A DNA stretch of 64,000 nucleotides. Source: Rhizodiscina lignyota. Lineage: Eukaryota. Below the pieces are notes generated by a model. It was not told where the DNA came from. It saw only the letters and a list, made by a program, of their open reading frames with translations, and did not search any database. The position numbers were made by a program, and so were the translations under genes. Positions 1 to 10,943 of this stretch are shown here, one piece after another; within the stretch, counting starts at the first letter, position 1, and each line of letters starts with the position of its first letter. The DNA lies in assembly GCA_010015805.1 (NCBI GenBank), contig ML978124.1, positions 2,294,001 through 2,358,000 on the forward strand. Direction: 5' to 3'.

Positions 1-644
1 CTAAGGAACCCAACTCACCGCAAGCTGCAGAGTCACGCATCTTACTCGAGCAAGTGTTCTCACTTCTGGGGCCTGAAGGACGAGTTGGCGCGGGAGTAAT
101 GAAGCAGAGACACTTTTCTGATGGAGCGAAGAATGCTTGGGAACGACTTGAAAAGCTGAGGAGGAAAGTGTGGAAGAAGTTGGGACTGGACTCGAGCGTG
201 CTTTGGTCCAGAACGATTGCAAGAGGGCAAGAGCAGGACATACCTGGGAGCAGTAGTGGCATGTTTTCCTCTCAAGGCTCAGACACGAGATTGGCGGAAG
301 ATCCACCGTCGGTATATCCGAGCAGTGCGCAGATGGCCGAGGGGTCTACCGTGGAGCCTACCTCTACTGCGTACGTGTTGCAGCTGCCTCTGAATTTGAA
401 AGCGCAGACTGCTAACAGCGACATTAGAACTCCATCACAGGCTGCGATGAACGACCTCTTTGTACCTCATCAACAAACATTCGCAGAGGGCTTGGAATCG
501 TACCCGATCTCGGCTCCTGCCTCGGCACCAGGCTGGTTGGGAATGCAGCGAGATCCGGTGGAGATGGCTTCCGACTTCCTGGGTTCAGAGTATTCAGTAC
601 CAGACTGGATGGGTTGGAATCATGGTGAAGATCCGTGGAGATGA
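1..644 (+). CDS. 3' part of a fungal-specific (probably Zn2Cys6) transcription factor, truncated by the window edge
   Basis: Frame is open from base 3 to TGA at 644. Sequence ...ESRILLEQVFSLLGPEG...AWERLEKLRRKVWKKLGLD followed by a low-complexity tail ending DWMGW resembles fungal TF C-termini. The DNA-binding domain is not in the window. Confidence 0.55.
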   Translation, partial: KEPNSPQAAESRILLEQVFSLLGPEGRVGAGVMKQRHFSDGAKNAWERLEKLRRKVWKKLGLDSSVLWSRTIARGQEQDIPGSSSGMFSSQGSDTRLAEDPPSVYPSSAQMAEGSTVEPTSTAYVLQLPLNLKAQTANSDIRTPSQAAMNDLFVPHQQTFAEGLESYPISAPASAPGWLGMQRDPVEMASDFLGSEYSVPDWMGWNHGEDPWR

Positions 645-2047
645 TTTGCTGTTGTTTTGAGCGTTTCTTCTTGCGAACCTGAGCACGGTGTCAAAGCACC
701 CACTGCATTTGTTCAGAAACAATTTGAAGATCCCCAAGTAGCGACTTGTGTTATTAGCAGATGTATTCAGTCAGCAACCTATGACACAACGTACCTCGTT
801 TTCCGCCTCAAGCGATCCTCCAAAAAACTGTGAAGTCGGACATCATACCACATTTGCGCGACTAGACACTATCGGTGGCAGCATTCGGGATTAGACATAT
901 CTGCCTAAACAATCGCTAGTGCTAATGTCGAGGAATATTACATAATCTCTATCAAATACCAATATTGTCTTAGACATGAAGTCCGGTTAAAGCTTGAGGG
1001 TCCAACCGGACTTTAGATGCGCCACATTGTGTCAGCGTCCTTGTGTCTATAGAGCCAGGGGTATCCAGGACGACCACGGCTGTCATTTGCACCGCTGGGG
1101 CTAACTTGTTTAAGTACAGTCAGCGAGAGATCCAATCATATGATGATTAATGGTCGTACTATTACGAACGGACCACGGCCGACGTCAAATGCTCTGCAAG
1201 TTATCCGTATCGATGTGCTCATTCGGTTACACCCCAAGGACTCTCGTGTCCATCGGTTCTACCATCCATCTGACTTGTTCGTGCAAACTCGAATGAAGCC
1301 CAGATCAGGAAAAGTACTTTAAGTTGCGCCAGGGTGAGTGGACTCCATTCAGCGTCAATACGCTGTATACTATCAGTTTGGTCCTGTTCTTCTTCGTACC
1401 TTTGTAGGAGGACAATGGTTGCTCCTTCGGACTCTCGGGGAACGCTTTCTGGACCAGCCCAACCTCGGAACGCGACATCGCGGCCCGATGGCATCGGCGT
1501 CTTGAGAGTATATTATTAATACTTTTACCGAGCCGTAGGGGCAGGCGGTGACAGAATGTCGGAGTCGGGATGCACTGTGGACGCTCAACCGGCCCTTTTC
1601 CGGAAGCCAAAGTTTACATACTTGTGGTATCTCTGAGATTATCATGTATCAATCGACAACGCACAGTCCCCTTCAGGATTGAGCTCTACTTGGAATCGCC
1701 ACGCTCTTCTCTTCCTCTATACATCAACCGACAGTACGCTCTCCTTTTCGGACTTCAAAGCTGCCCCAATGCCATCTCGATTTTCCTCTCATTCATCATT
1801 CGACACCATGCGGTATGCTTCAGGCTTTGAAGCTGTATGAGATCACCACACTAAAGTCGTTAATCCTATCTCAACGACTGTAGCACCGCCACAAAATCCA
1901 GACGGTGTTGAAGTAATATTCCCACTGCTGATATTGCAAAAATCTAGATCTGCTTCATCAACTCGTTTCAGCTCATCTGCAGTCGGCCGTGATGATCTAA
2001 TACTGGGCAGCGTCATCTCGATGCTTTCGCCTTGGCCGCTCCATGTA

Positions 2048-2456
2048 TTAACCCCATCTCCCCGGTTCCATCCCGGTTATCTCTCCAGGCTGCTGTTGTG
2101 GAACCGGTGCCGGTGTATAGTACCCGCCATAGGACTGATCGCGTCTGTTCGGGACTCTCCAGCCGGGCACAGGTGCTGCCAATTCCCGAGGACCAACTGA
2201 ATTGGCGGCGAGTTCAATGGCGCCATCATGCGGCGACACGGGTATCTCTCGTCGGCCGCGTAGCCGGTCTCGGATCGTGCGAAAGAGAATAACCAACATG
2301 CCAACTATAACGGTGGAGAGGATGGCGACTATCACATAGATGGCGATGGTAGTTGCGTTTGGGCCGTAATCTGATGATCGCGCGCCTAGTGAAATTATCA
2401 ATACGGTGTCTTGACGACGGACCTGCGCTCTACATACCGAACCTTGAAGTGGGCAT
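2048..2456 (-). CDS. Small single-pass membrane protein, ~118 aa, two exons
   Basis: ATG at 2456; 52-nt intron 2437..2386 (GTATGT...TAG) joins MPTSRFG in frame to ARSSDYGPNATT. Hydrophobic IAIYVIVAILSTVIVGMLVILF is followed by basic RTIRDRLRGRR. Confidence 0.65.
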
Positions 2457-3708
2457 GATTGAAGCACCCAGTTTCCGCGCCGCGACTAGGCAGTAGAGAT
2501 TTGCTGAGGTTGTACAATTGGAGTTTTCGGGATTGTAGTGCCGAGAATCGATCGTATCTGGGTGAGGTGCCATTGTAATGATATCGTCAAAATTAATAGT
2601 GCCGGAGGAGATATCTCAAGAGTAGCACCAGATACTTAAAATGACTGCCTACCCCTCAGAGGCAGGCACCAGCCTCGCGGGCAGTGGAAGCTTTGGCATC
2701 AATGGCTTGCATATTGCTGTGCCACATGCGAGGGATGAAACGGATTTACAGGACGAAGACGACTCGGATAATACAAAACTGAAATCACGAGACCTACAGC
2801 TAACCATCTTATCTTGTTCGTCACTCAAAAGAGTGCAAACCGGTTTCCGTGCTGCAGACACAGCCTCTGCTCTCGAGGTCAGACGTCAATCGTTACCATT
2901 CATGTACGACTCTGAGAGTGGCTGTGGTACAAGTCGATCTAGAAACCGAATCATCGCCTTTGATGCCTGAGGCTTGATTATCGGTTAGATCGTTATTCTG
3001 CATCATTTGCAGCATTAGATGAGACTCCTGCAGCTCGCTCGTCAGCCTTGTCATTGAGCCCACCCAAGTCGAAGAGTATACTAGTTGGTCACATGTGAAC
3101 AAAGGACGAATGTTTTCAATGTACATCCCACGAGATATACACGGGAAATTGGAAGCGCATGGAAGTCTCGTGATGGAAGGCTTGATGTAATGACAAAGGT
3201 GTACCTCGAGGTCAACGGCCGGACGTATGTAGGACAGTAGGAGATGTACCGTCAGAGGAGCAAATCGATTGCTCGTATAAGGCTGGTCTCTAAATAGTCG
3301 ATAAAGGATACAAAAAATAATACTACCATAATAATTTATTAGAAATCAAGCTATTTAATATTAAAGTTGGATTGGTATGTGAGGTGAAATCATGCTACTG
3401 CATGTAAGCCGAGACCGCCGCGGCTTCAATTGATCTAGGCTCGACCGTGCTTATCAACGTTCCCGTCTCTCGTTCATTTGATACAATCAGGACATTGCTG
3501 GTTTCATATAGTTGAGCATATAAAGAAGAGGAGATCTCTAAAAGCAATCAAGTGACTCAGTTGGAGGTTATACTTCAACTCCAGTTGAAGACCAGCAGAG
3601 ATAAGAGAAATCCATATTTATTCGGAAACATTCACGTGAGTATTATCAATCGAAACCAGTCACCACGGCAACTCTAAAAACAGCCTCTTATGAACGTCAG
3701 ATCATCAA

Positions 3709-4131
3709 ATGGCAAATCTCGAGTATGTCAACGCCCCCGGCGCTGGGGAATTCATGTCCTCCAACTTCCCCTACTCGCAATGCGTGAAGCTTCCCAACGG
3801 CATCGTCAAGCTCGCCGGCCAAGGCGGCTGGGACACGCAGACCGCAGCGCTCGAGGCGAACGGCGACGCCGACAAATTCCAAGTCGATCTCGCTTTCCAG
3901 AACATCGAGAACCAGCTCAAAGCGGCCGGGTTGAAGGGTTGGGAGGATGTGTATCTCGTCAGGAGCTATCACGTGGATATGGCAGGCAGCTTTGACGCCA
4001 CGGTTGCGAATTTGAGAAAGTGGTGCAACCATAAGCCGCTGTGGACATGCATTTCAGTGCCGAGGCTGGCGCTGCCGCAGATGAGGATTGAGATTGATAT
4101 TGAGGCTTGGGATAGCTCTAAGAGCTCTTAG
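3709..4131 (+). CDS. Rid (YjgF/YER057c/UK114) family protein, Arg-less type
   Basis: Motifs YSQCVK, LAGQGG, AFQNIENQLKAAG and C-terminal PLWTCISVPRLALPQMRIEID; strong codon bias; intronless CDS. Confidence 0.9.
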   Translation: MANLEYVNAPGAGEFMSSNFPYSQCVKLPNGIVKLAGQGGWDTQTAALEANGDADKFQVDLAFQNIENQLKAAGLKGWEDVYLVRSYHVDMAGSFDATVANLRKWCNHKPLWTCISVPRLALPQMRIEIDIEAWDSSKSS

Positions 4132-4214
4132 GACATCAAGGTCAATGAATGAAACGATCATGCTATGTAATTAGCTGCAGTTGAATCGTGGTATATGATA
4201 TGAGAAGTACCCAA

Positions 4215-5442
4215 TCAGCCGAAACGATTAAACATCTCATCAATGAACGCCCCCTCTAACTTCGAACTGTCGGGTTCTGCTGGTGGCAGCATATGGCTTG
4301 AATAGAGTGCCGCGAATCCACGCTCCCGGTTCGTGAACCAGACCCAGTTTGCAAGTCCGCCCCATGTGAGTGTGTTCTTCATGTTGTCATCGTTCATGCA
4401 GAGCAGGCCACCGAGACCATGGTTGATGGCGCTCGCTGATAACTTGGCAGTCATCCCGGAGACAATGGCCCGCCCATCTTCGAGTCCTTTGAGTGATGCA
4501 CTATTGCCTGGGAACTGAGGTTTGTACATCAGGTTCTCGATTGTTTCCAGCTTCAGCAGCTTAGGGCTGTCGCTGATGATGTCCGCTAGAACTTTGATGA
4601 AGTCTGCTGGTGTGGAATATAAACCGTGGCCTCCAAATTCGACGACAGGAGGGGTAGGGTAGATCGTGCCGGGCAGCTCTGCTAATCTACCATCAGGCGT
4701 GCGATTGCATACCGAGACCCAACGTTTCTTCATGTCTGGATTGCTCTCGAGGTAGAACGATGTCGAGGTCATCCCCAGTGGCTTGAAGATGTTCTCCTTC
4801 ATGTATTCTTCGAGCGTCGTCTTGTTCAGCCGCGCAATGAGAAGACCGGCCCAGTCGAGACTAACGCCGTATTCCCAGCCTTGGCCAGGCTCATAGACGA
4901 GCGGATTGTTGGCCCCTTCAGGGATCGGAAGCTTATTCAATAATTCGTTTATCTTCTCTCCACGCGACTCACGCCATGCGATAATGAGCGGGTGCAAGGC
5001 ATCGTATCCCAAGCCGCTGCTATGCGTCAGGAGCTGTCGGAGTGTGACCTTCTTGGACGGCTTGCTGAATGTCAATGCGGAGGCCGTGCCGCCGATGATG
5101 TCCAGCTGGTCAAGCTCCGGCAGGTACTTTGATACCGGCTCATCGAGCGTGGTGAGACCGCGCTCAATGCATTGCAGAGCACAGATGGATGTGATCAGCT
5201 TCGTGCAGGATGCAATTGAGAAGACGTTGTCTGGGGTAATGTCTGGCGCGTCATCCTTGAGGTTCTGGTGTCCAATGCATTCGGAATAGATCTGCTTTCC
5301 TGAAGTGGTATTAGTCTGAAGATGCTTCCCCTTGCTTGGGGCTGAACTTGCCAGTCCTGTCGACTGCTGTGAGAACTAAGACCGGAATTTTATGGGCGCT
5401 TTTGCCCGTAGCCTCAGCTAGCTTGTGATTGAAGTCGGACAT
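4215..5442 (-). CDS. Beta-lactamase-related serine hydrolase / LovD-like acyltransferase, ~391 aa
   Basis: SCTK (SxxK), LRQLLTHSSGLGY, PGQGWEYG and WGG motifs. ATG at 5442; one 52-nt GC-AG intron 5351..5300 restores the frame. Confidence 0.9.
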
Positions 5443-6531
5443 GATGTTGCAGACGAATGGAAAGTTCTGAGAAATGTATAATATATTGATTGCTGCCTAT
5501 GCAAGAAAAAGGGATTGCAAAGCGCTTAGATCATAGAAGTGCCCGACCAAGAACTCGATTGGAATTGAATCTCAAGAAAATGTAGAAGGAACTCCTTGAT
5601 TTATATATTTGAGAGACGATCTCAGAAATTCCTCAACGCTGTTCCAGCATCATTTCGGCGCTTAAGGTGAGGACGAGCAAGCAGATAGAAGCTGAATAAT
5701 GAGCTTCGCATCTCCTACTAAATAGGGATAGCGCGGGGTGGGCTTTAGCTCAGGAGTTTACATGTCTACGCTAAGAAATGGATGCCTTGCAGTGCCTCGG
5801 CGCTGCGGAGTCTTATCGGATATCGGTACGGACGAACTTCATAACTGAGCGGTTGAGCGACGGAAGAACAGATTGGACAGCTGAAGTTGATTCTTCCAGC
5901 ATCACTTCGCACGTGATGACGATAGGTTCAAGCGTTACAAGACCGTGCTCGTGCAGTGCAGACTTAGGATCTGAGGAGTGGCTTCGTTGGCGATAAGACG
6001 GGCGTATTCCTGAGCGGACAGTTGGTACAAATTATAAGTCGGATGAGACAAATCCGATCCTTCATCGTCTGCCTATGGGTGGTGGGCATTGAGTGAAGTA
6101 AACGAAGAATCTATACTCCCATTCTGACTTGGTGGGCTGACAGTGCTGCAGAATCACCACTACCATAAATAGACTAGCGCATGAATCACGTGCACAAAGT
6201 AAATTCTAGGCAAGAGCAGAGAAATGACTTAGATTCAGATAAGATTAGATTTAACGCTAAGCCTAAAACGGTAGTGGTGATAGTTCATTACTCTTCGAAT
6301 TTGTTAGCGAAATAGCGCCACACGAGAGTACTAAGTCAAAAGTCCATTCTTCCATCACCATGAGGCACGTGATGATGACAAATACAGGTAGATCAAGAGT
6401 GTTTTGAACGTGTATGCAATTGAGGTGGACTAGGCCCGCTTGGCCTAGTCGGACTGTCTATTCGTGATTTACTACGTACAAAGGAAAAAAGAAAAGAAGA
6501 AAGAGGAGAGTCTCGTCACACGCCCACCGCC

Positions 6532-8693
6532 CTACAAAGAAGAAGAGAAATCAAATTGGAGGAAATCTCCTCCGAAGTCGTTGCCCAAGCCGGCACCCAG
6601 GAAGTCATCAAAGGCCGCCATGCCGGCGCCGCCGACACCCGCCACACCCACCACCATCATCGCGCCCCCCACGACGCCCCGACACTTCTCCGCAACCGGC
6701 TGCCAGGCAGCCGCCTCCTCCAACCAGCGGAGCTCCTGGGTCGCCGTCGGGTGGGCCCGGTAGCGCTCCCTGGTGTGGAGCTCGAGGATGTGCACGCGCG
6801 CAGCGGCGGCGACCGCATGCGCGACGTGCGCATGTGCGGAGTGCAGCATGCCGGCGACATCGTGGTACATCTGTACCAGCTTGTGCACGCTCTCGGCGGC
6901 CCGCCTGGCCACCGTCCATGGGCTGACAGTCTCGCTGCTGTCAGCGAGAGCGGGAGCGGAGAGGAATGGCTGCATCAGATTGATGACAGCGTGCTCGTAG
7001 CAGAGGAGCAGAGTGATGGCCTCTCGCTCCCGGCCCAAAGACAGGTGATCGCGGTCACGGACCTCCTGCGGCAGCGCCGCGTGCCACTTCTGGAGCTGGC
7101 GGTAGTAAGCCATGACGGCGAGGGGCGTGGTGTTCTCCGGAAGATCGCCAAGGTAGCGCCAGACGTCGCTGAGCACCATGAAGAGCTTCTTGCGGTGCTC
7201 ATCGATGGGGTCGAAGCCAAACTCCTCGGGCGCGACCAGCGGGATCGTGATCTTGGGTTTGGCGGCTGGCTGGACGCCGGCACCAGCAGCACTGGCGACT
7301 TCCTGGACAAAAGCAAGCCAGAAAGTGGACTCGTCATCCGAAGTGTCCCTGTTCGTCTTCTCCTCGTGAAGGCCTATGGAGATGGCCAAGTTCAAGGCGC
7401 GAACGGAGGTGTCGTGAGCATTGTTGGCCGCAACCAAGTCATCGCGCATGGCCATGATGACAAGAGCCTGGACGTCGTAGAGGCTCGGAACTATGGCGGC
7501 TGCAAGGCCTTCCTCTGCCTTACTGAAGAACTGCTGACTGAGATCGTGGGAGAAGATGCCGGCATGGGTCAACTCGTCATGGAGCTCTGGACGCAGACAG
7601 GTGTAGGAGCAGATGGCGAACATGAGGTGGGGTGGAGCGGAATTGAGAACGTTCTGGGCGCACAAGGTCCTTGGGGCTGCGATCAGTGTCGACGGAAGGA
7701 CTTCGTAGAAGAACACCTCGACCATCCTTTGCTTCAGGCCCTGGTTGGCAACAGCAGCAATGACATTTTGATTGGGCCAATTGGCGTGGAAGAACTGGGA
7801 ACCGATAGGGTTGAAGGACTGGATGAGTGTAACGTTGTCCAGAAGCTGGAGATTGGTGCCGTGGGGGTTGTCGACGACGTTCTGCAGGTACCACTCATAC
7901 CGGCGCGGTGCGAGCAGGACAGCTGCTTGCTCGACAGCACTTGCGGCGACGTGATCATCGATGCTGCCACTGACCCTGAGAGCACGGAAATGGTCAAATG
8001 CCTCCTTTTCTGGCAAGTCGATCAGGTGCTGGATGTAGTCCTTGGGGCTTTTGCCGGCGACATGGAAGGCGACTGTTGGAACACGAGCGGCAGCTCCCGC
8101 AAGGCGAGGCAGCATTGGCCTGGTGACATTTCTCGGAAGGGAGCCAGATGCACGCTTCTTCAGAGGCGTTGGGGAGTAGTTGTCATCGTCATTGTCAATG
8201 ATGTCGTCACTGCCGCGGCGCTTCTTATGCGCGGACTTTAGCGCGGTGTACTGGCAGTCATCATCCTCGCCGCGGGCAACGCAGTTGTAGCACGGGCTCG
8301 ATCCATCGCACTGTGAGTGTGGTCAGCAATGGCTGTGAACAGGTGCAGAGCATTACATACCTTGATCTTGCGACGGCGGCAAGAATTGCATGCATGGCCG
8401 CTCAACTTTCTCGGCTTGCCGGAGGTCTTGCGTGCGGAAGTCGGTGTGACAGGTTCAGGAGCAGATGCAGGCTCAGGAGCAGACGCAGGCTCAGGAGAAG
8501 GCTCAAGAGAAAGGCGATCGATTCTCAGACGAAGACCTTGGTTATCGCTCGTAGAGAATCTCGTCTCGATTGGGGACTCAGTGAAGGTCGTCTGAGTAAG
8601 AGGTGACGGATTGGCCTCGTCGGAGGTTGTCGGAGTCCAGATGGTGCCGTCCGACAAAGAGCTTCCAGAGCCATTCTTGGTGATGTTGACCAT
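6532..8693 (-). CDS. Zn(II)2Cys6 transcription factor with fungal TF middle region, ~703 aa
   Basis: Splicing intron 8360..8311 (GTATGT...GCTGAC...CAG) gives ACNSCRRRKIKCDGSSPCYNCVARGEDDDC, continuous with ORF 6532..8115, which contains ALNLAISIGLH...TFWLAFVQE. Confidence 0.9.
8440..8500 (-). repeat. Coding 18-bp tandem repeat (PEPASA)
   Basis: + strand units like GCAGGCTCAGGAGCAGAY repeated about 2.5 times; protein reads PSPEPASAPEPASAPEPV. Confidence 0.8.
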
Positions 8694-8742
8694 TGTGAAT
8701 GCGTCAGGAAATCAAGACTACGTGAAGTCAGCACATATGATA

Positions 8743-8801
8743 CAGAAAAGTGCAGAAAAGTGCGGAAAAGTGCAGAAAAGTGCAGAAAAGTGCAGAAAAG
8801 T
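8743..8801. repeat. 10-bp tandem repeat (GTGCAGAAAA) x ~5.5 inside a predicted 5'-UTR intron
   Basis: Directly visible: cagaaaag tgcagaaaag tgcggaaaag tgcagaaaag tgcagaaaag tgcagaaaag t. Confidence 0.95.
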
Positions 8802-10943
8802 AAGGTTTGTAGCACGACTCACGTTCAGTGGTAAAGGTGACGACGAGACACAGAATTGAGTGTTCAAGTCCTACACGGCGAACACAAGCTGCCCGAAGTG
8901 CAACTCGAAAGGTCTAAAAGAAGCCATTAGTTGGAGAGTGCAAGAAGGGGTGTTTGTGACTTACAATTTGAACACCCAAAAAGACCTGTAGGTGCGTGCA
9001 GAACACAGTGATCGCTCGTGCTGAGAGAAGCGCAGCTTCCCAGGTTGAATAAGAGTATCATGTTTTCCATTTTGATTTCCGTAGAACCTGCAACTTACCA
9101 AGAGTCGAGCAGAATGAGCTAATTGAGGCTCCAAGCTTGCTGGACTGTTGGAGTGTCGTGAGAGCACAAATCGGTTCATTTTGACTTGCGCACCCTAAGA
9201 AACTTACGAAGGGGTGAACAAAGCACTGCGGTTGAAAGTTCGTAATGCTCAATTGACGAACTGCACAGATGTGCTTCGTAGCAAGCAGGTAGGTTGGAAG
9301 AGTTGAGGTGTTGAAGAACACGGCAGGAGGGCGGTCAAATTCGAACACCAGACGGAAGCGTTGGCAAGGTAGTCGAACAAGAGAGTAAAGTGAGCAAAGC
9401 CAAAACCTTTGAAAGGCGCTGGTTGTCGGATTCTTTTCGTCTCAACTCTTAAGAGAAAGAAAAGAAAGATGCCTGAGGGCGAAAGTGGGCGAGCTTAAGT
9501 AGTCCCCTCGAAGCCGAAGCCGCGGACGACGTCAAGCGCTAATGTCCAGATGCCACAGGATTTGCCCCAGGATGTGAGAAATTCGCAGCAGAAATTTCGT
9601 CTCGGGAAATTAGCTCCTAGTAAGAACTGGTTTCTCTTGTTCTGATTCGATCAGAATTCCCCGTGGAGGTACGCAAACCGCGGTCTCAAAGGAAGCTGCG
9701 CTATCGCAGACGGCACGGACCAACAGTTTGCAGCAGCGACGAGGAGATTGATCGGCGATTGAGTGGTGTTACCAAGTCGTGTGTTAGCAAGGCAAGCATT
9801 GAAGGCAGGGAACCCCTGTGTGGCCGAGTGCACGGGGTTGTGTGGCGTTGTGTTGTGAAGGGAAAGCGGCCAACAGTCGAAGTTGTGAGCGCATGCTACG
9901 ATCACGAGGTCTGACGACGTCTATCTAGAGACTGGAGGAGCAAGTTCGAGAGGGCAGTAATAAAGCTTCGCTAGTGATGTGGAGCTTCTTGTGAAGCATC
10001 TGTGACTATGTTAAGGTGGCAAAGCAAATTTTGGTGTTAACATACCTTTGCTGTTATGCCCACATGCCAAAAGCGTCAATCCGATAGCCACCCTCAACCC
10101 TCAACTGAAGGGGAACAACATTGAGTAGCGATGCTATTCATTCTTTGCAGTACTCGAATGGCAGGTAGGCCGTTTGCAAAGGATTCATCTGAATGTATGA
10201 AGAGGCGTTGTAATCCACCGGCGAAAGTGTGCAAATCGGAGGAGGGTAGGTGGTTGGTAGTCGATGCTAATATGAGGAGACTTCTCGTAGTCATGTGAAG
10301 CTTATATAGCTTTTTAGAAGCTAATGGTCAACCTTCCAGGCCATTAACTTGTTGCATAGACTTGGAAGCAAAAGAGCCAACAAAGGAGCTTGTTGAAGTG
10401 ATGGCCATCGCAAGACTTGTCAGAGAGAACCTGTTGGCACACTTCAAAGCCGAAAAGAAGAGGAAAAGCCTTGAACATGCCAATAGACTTTGGGAGTTAA
10501 ATAGATTGATTATTCAATAGAAATCGTCGTGAATAGGAAGGTGAAGAAACGTCAACCAAAGATTGTCCTTGGTTGAAGAGGCAGCATCAAACAGTTGAAG
10601 CTGCAAAAGAGAGCGTTGATGAGCAAGAGAAAGAAGTAGTCGGGAGGAGGATGGCGATGTTTTATAGAGGTGGCCTCGCCACTATTCGGCTAGCAAAGGC
10701 TGAAAAGTTTGATATATCAGCCGGCGAGGTGTGCAAAACATCACCTTACCCGCCACCCCTAGCCGCCCAACCGCATGTATTCAGTACGCCAATTGACACC
10801 TGTCTCATGATTGTGCGAAAGTGTAAGTGCCAGAATGCGTCCAAGCTCGTAAAACCATTCACAATGTCTCCCCTCGCCGCTCCAACCGCAGCCCAACCGC
10901 AGCTCAGCCACCGTGTTCAAGACACCTTACCTCCTATAAACAT

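Noticed and set aside
1989..2040. Box C/D snoRNA suggested by GTGATGA
   Set aside because: No CTGA box D or recognisable rRNA guide at a suitable distance.
2641..2970. 109-aa ORF and nearby AT-rich patch (3300-3365)
   Set aside because: No motifs or codon bias; too little evidence for a gene or a transposon remnant.
6556..8241. 561-aa antisense ORF opposite the Zn2Cys6 TF
   Set aside because: It is exactly codon-in-register with the sense gene and has no recognisable motifs. It is explained by GC3 bias avoiding TTA/CTA/TCA codons.
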